Shown: positions 32,050-43,300 of the stretch, piece after piece
Numbering within the stretch: the first letter of the stretch is position 1
How the letters are laid out: each line of letters starts with the position of its first letter
Source: Actinomycetota bacterium
GTDB taxonomy: Bacteria > Actinomycetota > Geothermincolia > Fen-727 > Anoxymicrobiaceae
Assembly: GCA_016927325.1 (NCBI GenBank)
Contig: JAFGMY010000079.1
Coordinates: 1 to 54,921, forward strand
Length of the DNA stretch: 54,921 nt
Reading direction: 5' to 3'
Notes under the pieces: generated by a model
The model's database searches: none
Told to the model about the DNA's origin: nothing
Seen by the model: the letters and a program-made list of their open reading frames with translations, nothing else
Program-made: the position numbers and the translations under genes

Positions 32050-34035
32050 TCAGTTTTGTCCCATTATCTTCTTGTTTCCGTCGATCAGTTCATCGACTAC
32101 GTGCGGGTCCGCGAGCGTACTTGTGTCGCCGAGTGAATCCGCGGTGCCTTCTGCGATTTTCCTGAGGATGCGCCTCATGATCTTGCCGCTTCTGGTCTTG
32201 GGCATCGCCGGAGTGAACTGAATTACGTCAGGAGTCGCTATGGGGCCGATCTCTTTTCTGACGTGTACAACAAGCTCTTTTCTGAGCTCATCCGGGTCCC
32301 TGTCTTCGTATTCTTTTTTCAGGGTAACGTAGCTGTAGATTCCCTGCCCCTTGATATCGTGGGGCATTCCTACTACCGCAGCTTCGGATACGAACTCGTG
32401 GCTGACCAGAGCGCTTTCGACCTCGGCGGTTCCGATGCGATGACCGGATACATTGATTACGTCGTCGATACGTCCCTGCAGCCAGTAGAAGCCGTCTTCG
32501 TCTACACGGCAACCGTCACCGGTAAGATAAACACCGGGGAACATGGACCAGTATGTCTTCTCGAACAGATCGTGGTTGCCATAGATGGTCCTCATCATTC
32601 CAGGCCAGGGCTTGGTTATGCAGAGGAATCCACTCTCATTGGTTTCCGCTTCAGTACCGTCCTGCCTCAGCACTACCGGCTTTACACCGAAGAAAGGCAT
32701 GGACGCTGAGCCTGGTTTCATCGGAATCGCGCCGGCCAGCGGAGCGATTAGAATTCCGCCGGTCTCTGTCTGCCACCAGGTGTCCAGCACGGGACAGCGG
32801 CTTCCGCCGATATGCTCGTAGTACCACATCCATACTTCCGGGTTGATGGGTTCTCCGACGCTTCCCAGAATTCTCAGGCTGGAAAGATCGCGGGTCTTGG
32901 TCCATTTCTCACCAAGCCTCATGAGAGAACGGATTACAGTCGGCGCGGTGTAGAACGCGGTTACCTTGTCTTTCTCACAGATTTCCCAGAACCGGTCGGG
33001 CTCGGGATAGGTGGGCACTCCCTCGAACATCACACTTGTCGCCGCGTTTGAAAGCGGGCCGTACACAATATAGCTGTGGCCGGTTATCCAGCCTATATCC
33101 GCCGTGCACCACCAGATATCATCATCGTGAATATCGAAGATGTATTTGTGGGTCAGGGTAGTGTGAAGAAGGTAACCTGCGGTTGTGTGCATTACGCCTT
33201 TCGGCTTGCCGGTGCTGCCGCTGGTGTAGAGAATAAAGAGCGGGTCTTCCGCGTCCATTTCTTCAGCGGGGCAATCCGCCGTTATATCCGAAGCGGCCAT
33301 CTCTTCATGCCACCAGTAATCGCGTCCCTCAACCATCTCGATCTCGTTTGAGGTGCGCTCCACGACAAATACGTCTTTTACCACCGGGCACTCCTCGAGG
33401 GCCCTGTCTGCGTTCTTCTTAAGAGGAACGACCTTGCTGCCCCTGTAGCTTCCATCGGAGGCTATAAGCGCTTTGCAGTCGCTGTCCAGGATTCGGTCCC
33501 TCAGCGCGTCCGAGCTGAAGCCCCCGAACACTATGCTGTGGATAGCTCCTATTCTGGTGCAGGCGAGCATGGCGATCGCCAGTTCGGGGATCATCGGGAG
33601 ATATATACAAACCCTGTCACCCTTCTGGATACCGTGCTTTTTCATTACGTTCGCGAACTTGCAGACCTCGTCAAGCAGTTGTTTGTAAGTGTAGGTCTTG
33701 TTTTGTCCAGGCTCGTCCGGTTCCCAGATTAACGCCACCTTATCACCCTTGTCGCCTTTGACGTGCCTGTCCAGGCAGTTGTAGGAGACATTGAGCTTTC
33801 CACCTTCATACCATTTCAGTTCGTGCTTGTCTTCGTTCCACGAATAGACGTTGTCCCACTTCTTGAACCAGTCCAGGCCCTCTGCCATCTCGCTCCAAAA
33901 AGCGTCCGTGTCATTGATTGACCTGTCGTACATTTTCTTGTACTCATCGAAGCTCTTGATGTGAGCGTTTTTGCTCAGTTCTTCGGGGGGGTAGATTTTC
34001 TCCACCTTTTGACCCGCGGTTTCGTTGTCCGCCAT
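32050..34035 (-). CDS. acs: AMP-forming acetyl-CoA synthetase
   Basis: [38 protein letters not shown]; ATG 34035 follows AAAGGAG. Confidence 0.97.
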   Translation of the reverse strand: MADNETAGQKVEKIYPPEELSKNAHIKSFDEYKKMYDRSINDTDAFWSEMAEGLDWFKKWDNVYSWNEDKHELKWYEGGKLNVSYNCLDRHVKGDKGDKVALIWEPDEPGQNKTYTYKQLLDEVCKFANVMKKHGIQKGDRVCIYLPMIPELAIAMLACTRIGAIHSIVFGGFSSDALRDRILDSDCKALIASDGSYRGSKVVPLKKNADRALEECPVVKDVFVVERTSNEIEMVEGRDYWWHEEMAASDITADCPAEEMDAEDPLFILYTSGSTGKPKGVMHTTAGYLLHTTLTHKYIFDIHDDDIWWCTADIGWITGHSYIVYGPLSNAATSVMFEGVPTYPEPDRFWEICEKDKVTAFYTAPTVIRSLMRLGEKWTKTRDLSSLRILGSVGEPINPEVWMWYYEHIGGSRCPVLDTWWQTETGGILIAPLAGAIPMKPGSASMPFFGVKPVVLRQDGTEAETNESGFLCITKPWPGMMRTIYGNHDLFEKTYWSMFPGVYLTGDGCRVDEDGFYWLQGRIDDVINVSGHRIGTAEVESALVSHEFVSEAAVVGMPHDIKGQGIYSYVTLKKEYEDRDPDELRKELVVHVRKEIGPIATPDVIQFTPAMPKTRSGKIMRRILRKIAEGTADSLGDTSTLADPHVVDELIDGNKKIMGQN

Positions 34036-34640
34036 TTTTTCTCCTTTCTTGCTTACCATTCAAAATGAATCCGGGCAGGCATGACCAATCTTCATGCGGG
34101 CATGCACACTTGACTGATTTTTACTGCTCGGGTTTTGATACTTGAACAGTGTTAGCTCAGGTAAGATCTGCCCTGAGCTTATTCTGGATTAGTATTCATT
34201 GACACTGTTTAGCTATCTTGCAACCACGTTTATTTCGATCAGCTCAATATTATGCTGTCTTTCAGTCAGGCCGGTCATTCTGTTTAAAAAGTACTAAACT
34301 ATTATAAACGATTTATCAGACTATGTGTTCTGGTTACCTGACCTTTAAGATCCATCACCCACCGTTTTCAAATGCCAGAGTATACAGTAATCTCCATTTT
34401 GATGCAATTGGATCAGGCTACCCTTGCCATTTCGCCGTCTCATTTCAGCACAAAATCATATTAAATAACATGAGAGTGCGGTTGAGTCAGGTTTATAAAG
34501 CGTTTTATCCCTTGTCCGTTAACCGGTTACACTGCAGCCACATATTTTATCGGCGGGTTTCCGGTTTTCTAAAGATCGGTGATTACGTTCACGGAACTGA
34601 GGGTGTTTCTGTTGGATGTTGCCGGTTGCTGTGATATATT

Positions 34641-34751
34641 ATCATGCGATATTCGCCGGGCATATGGGCGGATCCGCGCAGGAACACCGTTGTGCCGGGG
34701 GCGGGTCTGCGGCAATTGACGGTAGAGGCGCCGGCGGGTCATGGTTTTTTT
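34641..34751 (+). ncRNA. Candidate structured small RNA or leader (rod-shaped, central bubble)
   Basis: Extended -10 TGATATATT at 34632-34640; pairings 34651-59/34731-39 and 34668-77/34701-10 with G-U wobbles; ends in T7. Confidence 0.35.
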
Positions 34752-34817
34752 GATATGAACTGGACAGGGTGCGGTTCCTTGCCGGGCCGGTTCAATTTTG
34801 GGTGAAAGGAGAAAGCA

Positions 34818-35171
34818 ATGAGCGTTGGGGAGGTTTCAGGGCTTATAGCCGCAATCTCGTTCGCACTGATGTCGGCTTTTACCGCCTGGATGCTGTTTCA
34901 ATTCGTTAAGACCATTAGCATTTTGAACCAGTTTCTGGATGATGTAAGAGTCGAGTCGGTGCCACTTATGTCGAGGCTTCAGACTACGATGGACCATGTT
35001 AACACCCAACTGGACCGGGTGGATGGTATCATGACCGCCGCCGAATCGATATCCAATAAAGCCAACAACGCCACGAAAGTTGTCCAGGAGGTAATCACTT
35101 CGCCGCTGGTAAAAGCGATGGGGATAACAGCCGGGGCCACCAAGGCGTTTGGAAAATGGAAAAAAGATTAA
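34818..35171 (+). CDS. DUF948 (YoxC-like) membrane-anchored coiled-coil protein
   Basis: N-terminal TM (GLIAAISFAL), VPLM..LQTTMDHVNTQLDRVDGI, PLVK; typical position upstream of alaS in Actinobacteria. Confidence 0.75.
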   Translation: MSVGEVSGLIAAISFALMSAFTAWMLFQFVKTISILNQFLDDVRVESVPLMSRLQTTMDHVNTQLDRVDGIMTAAESISNKANNATKVVQEVITSPLVKAMGITAGATKAFGKWKKD

Positions 35172-35322
35172 CCCTGTAAAATACAGATAACACATAGGCC
35201 GAGTTGATTTTCAATTGGTGCCAGGCTCTGAATTCAGCAGTTCAATGCCTGGCACCAAACTGTATAATGATAAAGAATCACGTGAGTGAAGTTTATCTAA
35301 AAAGTCATATGGAGGATAGAAC

Positions 35323-37968
35323 TTGAAGGGAAGCGAAATAAGGGACTTGTTTATAGGGTTTTTCGCCGAGCGCGACCATCGCGTTGTGCCGAGTTCTTCT
35401 CTTGTTCCCGAGGACCCGACACTGCTTCTGACCACCGCGGGCATGGTCCAGTTCAAACCTTATTTCCTGGGGGCCGAGGAGCCGCCTTATTCACGTGCCA
35501 CTTCAGTGCAGAAATGCGCGCGCACGACCGACATCGAATCGGTCGGGCTTACCGCGCGTCACATGACCTTTTTTGAGATGCTTGGTGATTTTTCGTTCGG
35601 CGACTATTACAAGAAAGAGATTATACCCTGGGCATGGGAACTGGTAACCGGAGTTTTGTCAATCGACCCTGGATCGCTATGGATATCGATATTCGAGGAA
35701 GACGACGAGGCTGGGGACATATGGAAAAGTGTGCCCGGGGTTATACCGGAGAGGGTAATCAAGCTCGGGGCCGATGACAATTTCTGGGCTATGGGACCCA
35801 CCGGTCCCTGCGGCCCCTGCTCCGAAATTCTATATGACAGGGGGAAAGAGTTCGCCTGCGGTCCTGATTGCGCCGCCGGATGCGATTGCGACCGTTTCCT
35901 CGAGATATGGAACCTGGTATTTATGCAGTATGACAGGGCGCAGGACGGCTCACGCATTCCTCTCCCGAAGAAGAACATAGACACCGGAATGGGCCTCGAG
36001 AGGGTGGCGGCCATAAAGCAGGGAGTGGCCACGGTATTCGAAACCGATCTCATGATGCCTCTTCTCGAAGCGATTAAATCAATCTGTGGAGTGGGGCTCG
36101 GCGATTCGGGCGGGACGGATGTTTCACTCAAGATAATATCCGACCATGTCCGCGCGGCGACGTTTCTAATATCTGACGGATTGATACCGTCGAATGAAGC
36201 CGGTGGCTATATCCTGAGGAGGCTTCTCCGCAGGGCCGTCCGTCATGGCAAGCTGCTGGGGATAGAGGAGCCTTTCCTTTATCGAATTGCTGATGTAGTG
36301 GTAGAGCTTTTCGGGGCTGTCTACCATGGGTTGAAAGACCACCATCCGCTTATCAGGGGAGTAATCAAGGGGGAGGAAGAGAGGTTCGGGCAGACACTTC
36401 AGCAGGGAATAGATTTGCTTGAAAAGGTTCTGGTGGAACATGGGATAAGCGGCAAGAATATTGTTGATGGAGATACCGTGTTCTATCTTCACGATACTCT
36501 CGGGTTTCCTCTGGAGCTTACGCGGGAGATAGCGTTGGACCGGGGTGTGGAGATCGATATCGACGGTTTTGACTGCCTGATGGAAGAGCAGCGCGTAAGG
36601 GCCAGGCTCTCCAGGGAAGAAGAGACGCAGTGTGTCCCGGGGGACCTATACCGGGAGATATCAACCGCAAAGGGAAAGACCGATTTCCATGGCTATGGAT
36701 GTGATTCGATGACTTCAAGAGTCATAGCGCTCGTGTCCGGCCGGGGCAGTGTTCAGGAAGTGAAGGACAGGGAAGAAGTGGAAGTGGTGCTCGAGTCCAC
36801 CCCGTTTTACGCTGAAGCGGGCGGGCAGGTGGGCGACACCGGGACTCTCGAAGGGCCGGACGGCTCGGTTGAAGTTGTGGACACCTGTTCCACCGGGTCT
36901 GGCCTGATCCTGCACAAGGGGGTAGTCTCAGGCAGCATAACCTTAGGTGATGAAATCAAGGCGGTGGTTGACGCGGAGCGGAGAGCGGATATATCCAGGA
37001 ATCACAGCGCAACCCATATCCTCCACTGGGCGCTTCGAAAGGTGCTGGGTGAACATGCCAGGCAGTCCGGCTCGCTGGTAACGCCTGAGAGGCTGCGCTT
37101 CGACTTCACACATTTCCAGCCGGTATCCCATGGAGAACTTGCCGAAATCGAGAGGCTGGCGAACGTAAAGGTGCTGGAAGACGAGCCGGTGAGTTTCTCA
37201 AACGCGACCAGGGAGGAAGCGATGGCCGGCGGTGCGATGGCGCTTTTCGGAGAGAAGTACGGCGACGAGGTGCGTATTGTTGAGATGGGTAATTTCTCAA
37301 GTGAGCTGTGCGGCGGAATCCATGTAGACCGTACGGGACGCGTCGGCCCGATTAGAATAATGTCTGAATCGGGGATAGGCGCGGGCTTGCGGAGAATAGA
37401 AGCGACAACAGGTATGACTACGATAGGTTATTACCGGCACCTGCAGGAAATCCTGGGTGAAGTTTCCAGGATCCTGAGGGCGGAAAATGATGAACTGCCC
37501 GGGAGGGTTTCGGAGATGGTCGCTCAGCAGAAAGCGATACAGAAAGAACAGGCCAGGAAGAAATCGTGCGACATAGCCACGGCGGCGGGAGATATCATAA
37601 GAACAGGGCTGCACGGTGTCTCGGTACGCGATGAAAAAGAGAAAGTCTTTGTTGCCAGGGTGGACGGCGAAAAGCAGAAGACCCTGCGGGACTTGATTGA
37701 TATTATAGCCTCCCGGGGAGGTTTCGGAGTCACCGCTCTGGCGGGCGACGCCGGCGGCAGCGCGCAGATCGTTGTCAAAATAAAGAAGGAACTGGTTGCG
37801 AAAGGTCCCAACGCGAAGGAACTTGCGGGTGAAGCCGGACGTCTTATCGGCGGAGGCGGCGGGGGAAGGGAAGACATGGCCGCCGCCGGAGGCGGTTTGA
37901 TATCAGGAATCGACGAAGCCCTGAAATATATCGCGGATACCGAGATTGTGCCGGAGAGTGGTTCTTGA
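35323..37968 (+). CDS. alaS: Alanine--tRNA ligase
   Basis: TTAGMVQFKP, HMTFFEMLG, DTGMGLER, editing NHSATH and CGGIH, DHHA1 GGGG. Confidence 0.98.
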   Translation: MKGSEIRDLFIGFFAERDHRVVPSSSLVPEDPTLLLTTAGMVQFKPYFLGAEEPPYSRATSVQKCARTTDIESVGLTARHMTFFEMLGDFSFGDYYKKEIIPWAWELVTGVLSIDPGSLWISIFEEDDEAGDIWKSVPGVIPERVIKLGADDNFWAMGPTGPCGPCSEILYDRGKEFACGPDCAAGCDCDRFLEIWNLVFMQYDRAQDGSRIPLPKKNIDTGMGLERVAAIKQGVATVFETDLMMPLLEAIKSICGVGLGDSGGTDVSLKIISDHVRAATFLISDGLIPSNEAGGYILRRLLRRAVRHGKLLGIEEPFLYRIADVVVELFGAVYHGLKDHHPLIRGVIKGEEERFGQTLQQGIDLLEKVLVEHGISGKNIVDGDTVFYLHDTLGFPLELTREIALDRGVEIDIDGFDCLMEEQRVRARLSREEETQCVPGDLYREISTAKGKTDFHGYGCDSMTSRVIALVSGRGSVQEVKDREEVEVVLESTPFYAEAGGQVGDTGTLEGPDGSVEVVDTCSTGSGLILHKGVVSGSITLGDEIKAVVDAERRADISRNHSATHILHWALRKVLGEHARQSGSLVTPERLRFDFTHFQPVSHGELAEIERLANVKVLEDEPVSFSNATREEAMAGGAMALFGEKYGDEVRIVEMGNFSSELCGGIHVDRTGRVGPIRIMSESGIGAGLRRIEATTGMTTIGYYRHLQEILGEVSRILRAENDELPGRVSEMVAQQKAIQKEQARKKSCDIATAAGDIIRTGLHGVSVRDEKEKVFVARVDGEKQKTLRDLIDIIASRGGFGVTALAGDAGGSAQIVVKIKKELVAKGPNAKELAGEAGRLIGGGGGGREDMAAAGGGLISGIDEALKYIADTEIVPESGS

Positions 37969-38387
37969 GGATACTGGGTCTTGATGTTGGAGATGCGCGA
38001 ATTGGAGTCGCGGTAACCGATCCACTGGGGAAGATAGCCCAGCCTCTCGAAACGATCAAAAGAGACGGTGCTGAATTTCAAAGGCTTGCATGGCTCGCAA
38101 GCAGCTACGACTTGAGATTGATCGTTCTTGGTCTGCCGCTCCTTATGAGCGGAAGCGAAGGCGCACAGGCAGCCGCCGTACGCGATTTCGCCGGTGAACT
38201 CCACGACAGGCTTGGCATTGAAATAACGTTTGTCGACGAGAGGCTTACCACTAAGCAGGCTGACGCCGTCATCCGGAGTGCGGAAAAGAAGAGTGGTTCG
38301 AGAGGGGACTCCGACCGCGTCGCCGCCGCTTTGATATTGAGTGCGTACTTGAATCAAAATCCACAGAAAGGTCTCTTGAAGGAATAG
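37965..38387 (+). CDS. ruvX: RuvX/YqgF pre-16S rRNA nuclease family
   Basis: LGLDVGDARIGVA, GLPL, VDERLTT, DRVAAALIL. Confidence 0.95.
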   Translation: MRILGLDVGDARIGVAVTDPLGKIAQPLETIKRDGAEFQRLAWLASSYDLRLIVLGLPLLMSGSEGAQAAAVRDFAGELHDRLGIEITFVDERLTTKQADAVIRSAEKKSGSRGDSDRVAAALILSAYLNQNPQKGLLKE

Positions 38388-38402
38388 AGCACAGGAGTCG
38401 GT

Positions 38403-39272
38403 TTGCCCGTTTATAAAGATCAACAGAACAGGTCTGGGCGATTGCGTGAACAGAGGATCATGCGCGCAAAAAAAAGAAGGAATGCGACGTTGATCGCGGT
38501 TGCGGTTATAACGGTATTTCTGGTGACCGGGACCGCCGCTTATGTACTTACCAAGAGTGGAAACGGTCCTGAGCCTGCGGTTCCCGAACCGTACAGGGTT
38601 ACCATTCCTGAGGGTTATACAAATAAACAGACGGCCGAAAAGGTTAACAGCGCGACTGAAGGATTGATAACTGCGGGTGAGTTTGAGAGCGCGGTAGACA
38701 ACGGGGTATATGATTTCGGTTTCCTCACAGAGGCCGGCGGAAATCTGGAGGGTTTTCTATTTCCCAAGACTTACGATGTCGCGGAGGATCAATCAGCGAA
38801 TGACCTGGTGCAAATGATGCTCGAACAGTATGAGGAGGAGACGGAGGATCTGGACTGGTCAAGCGCCGCGGTCAACGGTGTATCCGGATACCAGGTACTG
38901 ATTATCGCCTCAATGGTTGAAAAGGAAGCCAAAGCGCCCGAAGAGCGCCCTGTTATCGCGTCGGTAATCTACAACCGTTTGAAAGCGGGCATGAAACTTC
39001 AAATATGCGCAACTGTTCAATACGCGCTTGGTGAATGGAAACCTGAACTCAGCTACTCTGATCTCGAGGTTGATTCGCCTTATAACACTTACAAGATCAA
39101 CGGGCTGCCGCCGGGGCCGATATGCAATCCGGGGTTCGAGTCGATCAGCGCGGCTCTTTCTCCCGCTTCGACTGACTATATTTATTATATACTCACAACA
39201 AATGACGGCCGCCACAGTTTCACGTCAGATTACAATCAGTTTCTCAGGTGGAAGGAACAGCAGGGTAACTGA
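38403..39272 (+). CDS. mltG: Endolytic transglycosylase MltG (short form)
   Basis: TIPEG, LEGFLFPKTY, ASMVEKEA, SPYNTY, GLPPGPICNPG. Confidence 0.95.
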   Translation: MPVYKDQQNRSGRLREQRIMRAKKRRNATLIAVAVITVFLVTGTAAYVLTKSGNGPEPAVPEPYRVTIPEGYTNKQTAEKVNSATEGLITAGEFESAVDNGVYDFGFLTEAGGNLEGFLFPKTYDVAEDQSANDLVQMMLEQYEEETEDLDWSSAAVNGVSGYQVLIIASMVEKEAKAPEERPVIASVIYNRLKAGMKLQICATVQYALGEWKPELSYSDLEVDSPYNTYKINGLPPGPICNPGFESISAALSPASTDYIYYILTTNDGRHSFTSDYNQFLRWKEQQGN

Positions 39273-39404
39273 GCCGCGAATTTCCTTGTGAATTCCTGCC
39301 ATATGGGTAATTTTCCATTATTAACTAATAATAATGTCATATTATATACATTATTATTGATAGTAGTGTTTATTGGGGATTAAGGGAAAAGGCCTGATTT
39401 CCGA

Positions 39405-39433
39405 CTCATTAAATATCGGCAAGATACCGATAA
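39405..39433 (+). promoter_or_regulatory. Putative sigma-28-type promoter (weak -35)
   Basis: CTCATT-N15-ACCGATAA, same spacing as three sites in the pil locus. Confidence 0.4.
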
Positions 39434-39439
39434 CAAGTA

Positions 39440-39619
39440 ATGGGAAGAGCAACCTTTCGTGCTTTTGGAGGTAGTATAGCTGATTTCCGTGAAGATAGTA
39501 TGCGAGGCATGTTTAGAGTGCTAAATGATGATAACACGGAGGGGGTTGCGATCGCTGGAAACAACGGTGGCGCGGTTTCATCTTTGGATTTGCAGACCTT
39601 ATTAAGGAGGGGCTGTTAA
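39440..39619 (+). CDS. Possible leaderless 59-aa small ORF
   Basis: ATG 6 nt after the putative -10; MGRATFRAFGGSIADFREDSMRGMFRVLNDDNTEGVAIAGNNGGAVSSLDLQTLLRRGC; no recognisable family. Confidence 0.25.
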   Translation: MGRATFRAFGGSIADFREDSMRGMFRVLNDDNTEGVAIAGNNGGAVSSLDLQTLLRRGC

Positions 39620-39864
39620 AGGCCGCGGTTTCCCCGCACTGTGCCGGGAAAAGGGGCCTCGAAAGAACTTTGTATGGGTGAGACGGCGCGGAGACCGGCT
39701 AATGGAATGGCCGGTTATTCAACAGTAGCCAGTGAAAATGCAGCTTGAATCAGGGCTGCTCCATAGACAAAAAAGCAAGGATGGACAGGGCAATGGTAGA
39801 AGTAAGAAAATGCGCCGGGTAACTTTCGAGGGCGGAACAGAAGGGGGAATTATTGACCCGGCCC

Positions 39865-39875
39865 TGTGATAAAAT
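39865..39875 (+). promoter_or_regulatory. Extended -10 promoter upstream of the roadblock gene
   Basis: TGTGATAAAAT (TRTGnTAAAAT) about 110 nt before the start codon. Confidence 0.5.
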
Positions 39876-39985
39876 TGAATTGAAGAAGCGTCGCATTACT
39901 TGACGGAAAAGTAAAATAGCAATATTTGACAATTTCCTGATTCAATATAAGAGAATGGTTGCGGAGGATCACTTAGGAGGCGCAC

Positions 39986-40384
39986 TTGGACGGTGCGAAG
40001 AGGAACGAACTTCAGGAGGCTTTGGAGCAGCTCCTGGAAACATCCAAGGATATTGAAGCTGCGGCCGTGGTAAGCATGGACGGATTTCCAATGGCTTCAA
40101 TAATTCCTGAGGGATATGAAAGTGAAAGGCTGGGCGCAATGTCCGCGGCTCTATTGAGCCTTGGTGAAAGAACGGCGAATGAGTTAAAGCGCGGTGAGTT
40201 GGCCCAGGTCTTCGTTGAAGGTTCCCAGGGGTATGTCTTTGTTCTTGCCGCGGGTGAAGATACGGTATTGACGGCTGTGGTGAAACGCGGCGGAAAGCTG
40301 GGAATGGTCCTCTACGATATTCGCAAAACGGCGAAACGGGTAGCTGGGATTGCAGGGTCTCATCTACAGGCCGAAGTCGAGTAA
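39986..40384 (+). CDS. Roadblock/LC7 (MglB-like) protein
   Basis: IEAAAVVSMDGFPMAS, RLGAMSAALLSLGER, GELAQVFVEG..GYV; AGGAGG SD. Confidence 0.92.
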   Translation: MDGAKRNELQEALEQLLETSKDIEAAAVVSMDGFPMASIIPEGYESERLGAMSAALLSLGERTANELKRGELAQVFVEGSQGYVFVLAAGEDTVLTAVVKRGGKLGMVLYDIRKTAKRVAGIAGSHLQAEVE

Positions 40385-40399
40385 ATTAACGGGGTACAA

Positions 40400-43300
40400 A
40401 TGCCGCTAAAGGGAAACCTAAAAGATTTCAGCCTTCCCGATTTATTTCAATTGATTCATTTCGGGAAGAAAAGTGGCAAGCTTACCATCTCGAGAGGTGA
40501 CATAGAAGGATATGTGTGCTTCCGGGATGGTGATGTGACTTACGCCACCCATAATACGAATAAAGTATTGATAGGTCAGCTGCTCGTGCGCGCACGGGTT
40601 GTAACCGACAAGCAGGTCGCGGAAGCTCTTGAGCTGCAGAAGACGGTACACAAGGACAAGCTGATAGGCAGCATCCTGGTGGAGCTCAAATACATTACGG
40701 ATGAAACGCTCGAGCTCTTCATCAAGGAGCAGATAAAGGAATCGGTATTTAATCTGCTGATGTGGAATGACGGAGCTTTCGATTTCGATCCCGACGATAA
40801 GCTCGAAGAGGACATCGGCGTTTCAATGGGTGCGGAAGAGCTCATCCGGGAAAGCAGGAAGCGTCTCGGCGAATGGATGGATATCGAAAGCAGGATCCCG
40901 ACGCTTGATGCGATTTTCTCCAAGACTTCCGCTGGAAAGAAAAATCCGGAAAGGCTGAAAATACCGGAAGAGGAGGTATTGACCCTTGAATACATTGACG
41001 GTACGAATACCGTCAGGGATATCGCCAGGCAGAAGGGTGAGCCGGCTCTCGAGACATGCAAATCCATCAGCAACCTCGCTGGCGCAAAACTCATCAAGCT
41101 GGTAGGTGAGAAGGGTGGCGAATCAGGTGGATCGGCGGAAACTCTTCAAGAAGAAATCGATTTTTATGAGGAAGAGTCCGCTACGCTGACTGAGACAAAG
41201 CCGCCTGATGAGGGAACACTTGAGTATTATAAATGGCTCGCGCTCCAGGAAGCCATGAACTGTGAAAGAGTAGGTATTTTCAAGGCGGCGGCCCGCGAAA
41301 AGGTAAGCGAGGAAGGACCCTTAGTCGTAAAAGAAGCACCGGAAGACAACTCGTCAAAGGCTGAAGCTGAAGAAGTTGAAGAGGAAGAAGAAGTTGGGGT
41401 AATAAAGAAACTGGTCATTGACGGGTTGGAGAAACCGGAAGATTTCGCTGTCGACTGGTCCGACGACCTTATCGGGATGCTGGACAAAGAAAAAGCTGAT
41501 GATGAGATAAGTGAAAGCATAAGAGCGAACCATGTCGATCTGGATGAAAAAGATGACTTAATCGGAATTTCGCTGGAAGGCTTCGAAGATATGGTGCCGG
41601 AAAAAGACCTGGCCGATGAGGGACTCAGAGGGCCCCTGACCGGTGAGACTCTTGATGACGGGGGCTCTTCTCTTCTCTCCGAAGAGGACATCGAAAAGCT
41701 TATGGGTTTGAAATCAAAGCCAAGAGAAGAAATGAGCCGTGAGGAGTTGCTCACTTTTGACCAGCCAACTTACCCGATTATTGAACCGATGCCGGGCGAG
41801 CGTGATGAACTCTCAGTTGAGGAAGAAGTTGCGCGCGAAGAAGCTGACTCCATGGAGGAAAGGGCCAGGAAAGTGCTGGCCGAGATAATGGAGGGCAGGG
41901 AAGGAAGGGAAGACTACACTTTCGATTCACAGAAGGAACAGGAAGAGGAAGATAAAGCGGAGACCTATTCTCTGGAGGAACTATCAGACATTTTCGAGGA
42001 TGGATCGGAAGCCGGGGAAGAAGAGGTTGTCAAAACCGAGGTTGAAGAAGTAGTCGTTGAAGCTGCGGAAGAAGAGTATTTGGATTCAGGTCGGGAGGAA
42101 TACGCGGTAGCGGAAACGGCGGCGGAAGTTGCAGAAGAAGAGCCGGTTGAGGTTGAAGAAGAGGTCCCGGTGATAGAGGTTGACAAGGAAGTCACCGGAG
42201 TTGAGCTTGAGGCGGAAACCGAAGAAGATTCTCTTGAATATTACAAGAAGCTTGCTCTGGAGAACGATACGGAGATACTAGACGCGGAGTTCGTGGCTGA
42301 CGGAGAAACCGCTGAAGAGATAATAGCTCCGGAAAAGATCATTAGAGAGGTTGAAGCTGAGGTTGAGGAAGAGGCAGCTGAAGAGGAGACAGTTGAAGAA
42401 GTAGCTGAAGCAGCGGATGAAGAAGTCGCCGAAGGTGAGCCCGAGGAAGAAGTCGCCGAGGTTGAGGAGGAAGTCGCCGAAGCTGAGCCCGGGAAAGAGA
42501 CAGCTGAAGAGGAAGCGGCCGAAGAAATAGCCGAAGCTGAGGAGGAAGTTGTTGAAGCTGAAGCAGCGGAGGAAGTCGCCGAAGCTGAACCCGGGAAGGA
42601 GACAGCTGAAGAGGAAGCGTCCGAAGAAATAGCCGAAGCTGAGGAAGAAGTCGCCGAAGCTGAGCCCGAAGAAGGAGTCGCCGAAGCTGAGCCCGGGAAA
42701 GAGACAGCTGAAGAGGAAGCGGCCGAAGAAATTGCCGGGATTGAGGAAGAAGTTGTTGAAGCTGAAGCAGCGGAGGAAGTCGCCGAAGCGGAAGCCGCCG
42801 GGACTGAGGAAGAAGCTGCTGAAACAGCAGGAGAAGTCGCCGAGGTCGAGGTTGAGGCTGAGGCAGTTGAAGAAATAGCTGAAGCAGCGGAGGAAGTTGC
42901 CGAAGCTGAACCCGGGAAAGAGACAGCTGAAGAGGAAGCAGCTGAAGAAATTGTCGGGACTGAGGAAGAAGTTGTTGAGGCAGCGGAGGAAGTTGTTGAA
43001 GAGGACACCGCCGAGGAAGTTGAAGAAATAGCTGAAGCAGTGGAAGAAGAAGTTGTTAAAGCTGAAGTAGCGGAAGAAGTCGCCGAGGTTGAGGTTGAGG
43101 AAGATGCGGCCGAAGAGGAAGCAGTTGAAGAAATAGCCGAACCCGGGGAAGAAGTCTCCGAGGTGGCGGAGGAAGTTGCCGATATGCTTGATGAGCTGGA
43201 GAGCCTTGAAGCGGAAGAGTCGGCTGAAGAGAATGAAATCCAGGGCCGTGTTATTCAGTTCGATAAAGCATCCACAAAACAAGATCAGGACGAAGATGTG

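Noticed and set aside
34323-34634. 103-aa ORF in the acs-DUF948 gap
   Set aside because: No SD, atypical composition and no recognisable motif; probably spurious
35172-35322. T-box leader for alaS (also checked before hisS)
   Set aside because: No GGTGGNACCGCG T-box motif or terminator; hisS has only a 15-nt gap upstream
42470-42951. Regularly spaced direct repeats resembling a CRISPR array
   Set aside because: In-frame coding repeats, the intervening segments resemble each other, and there are no cas genes
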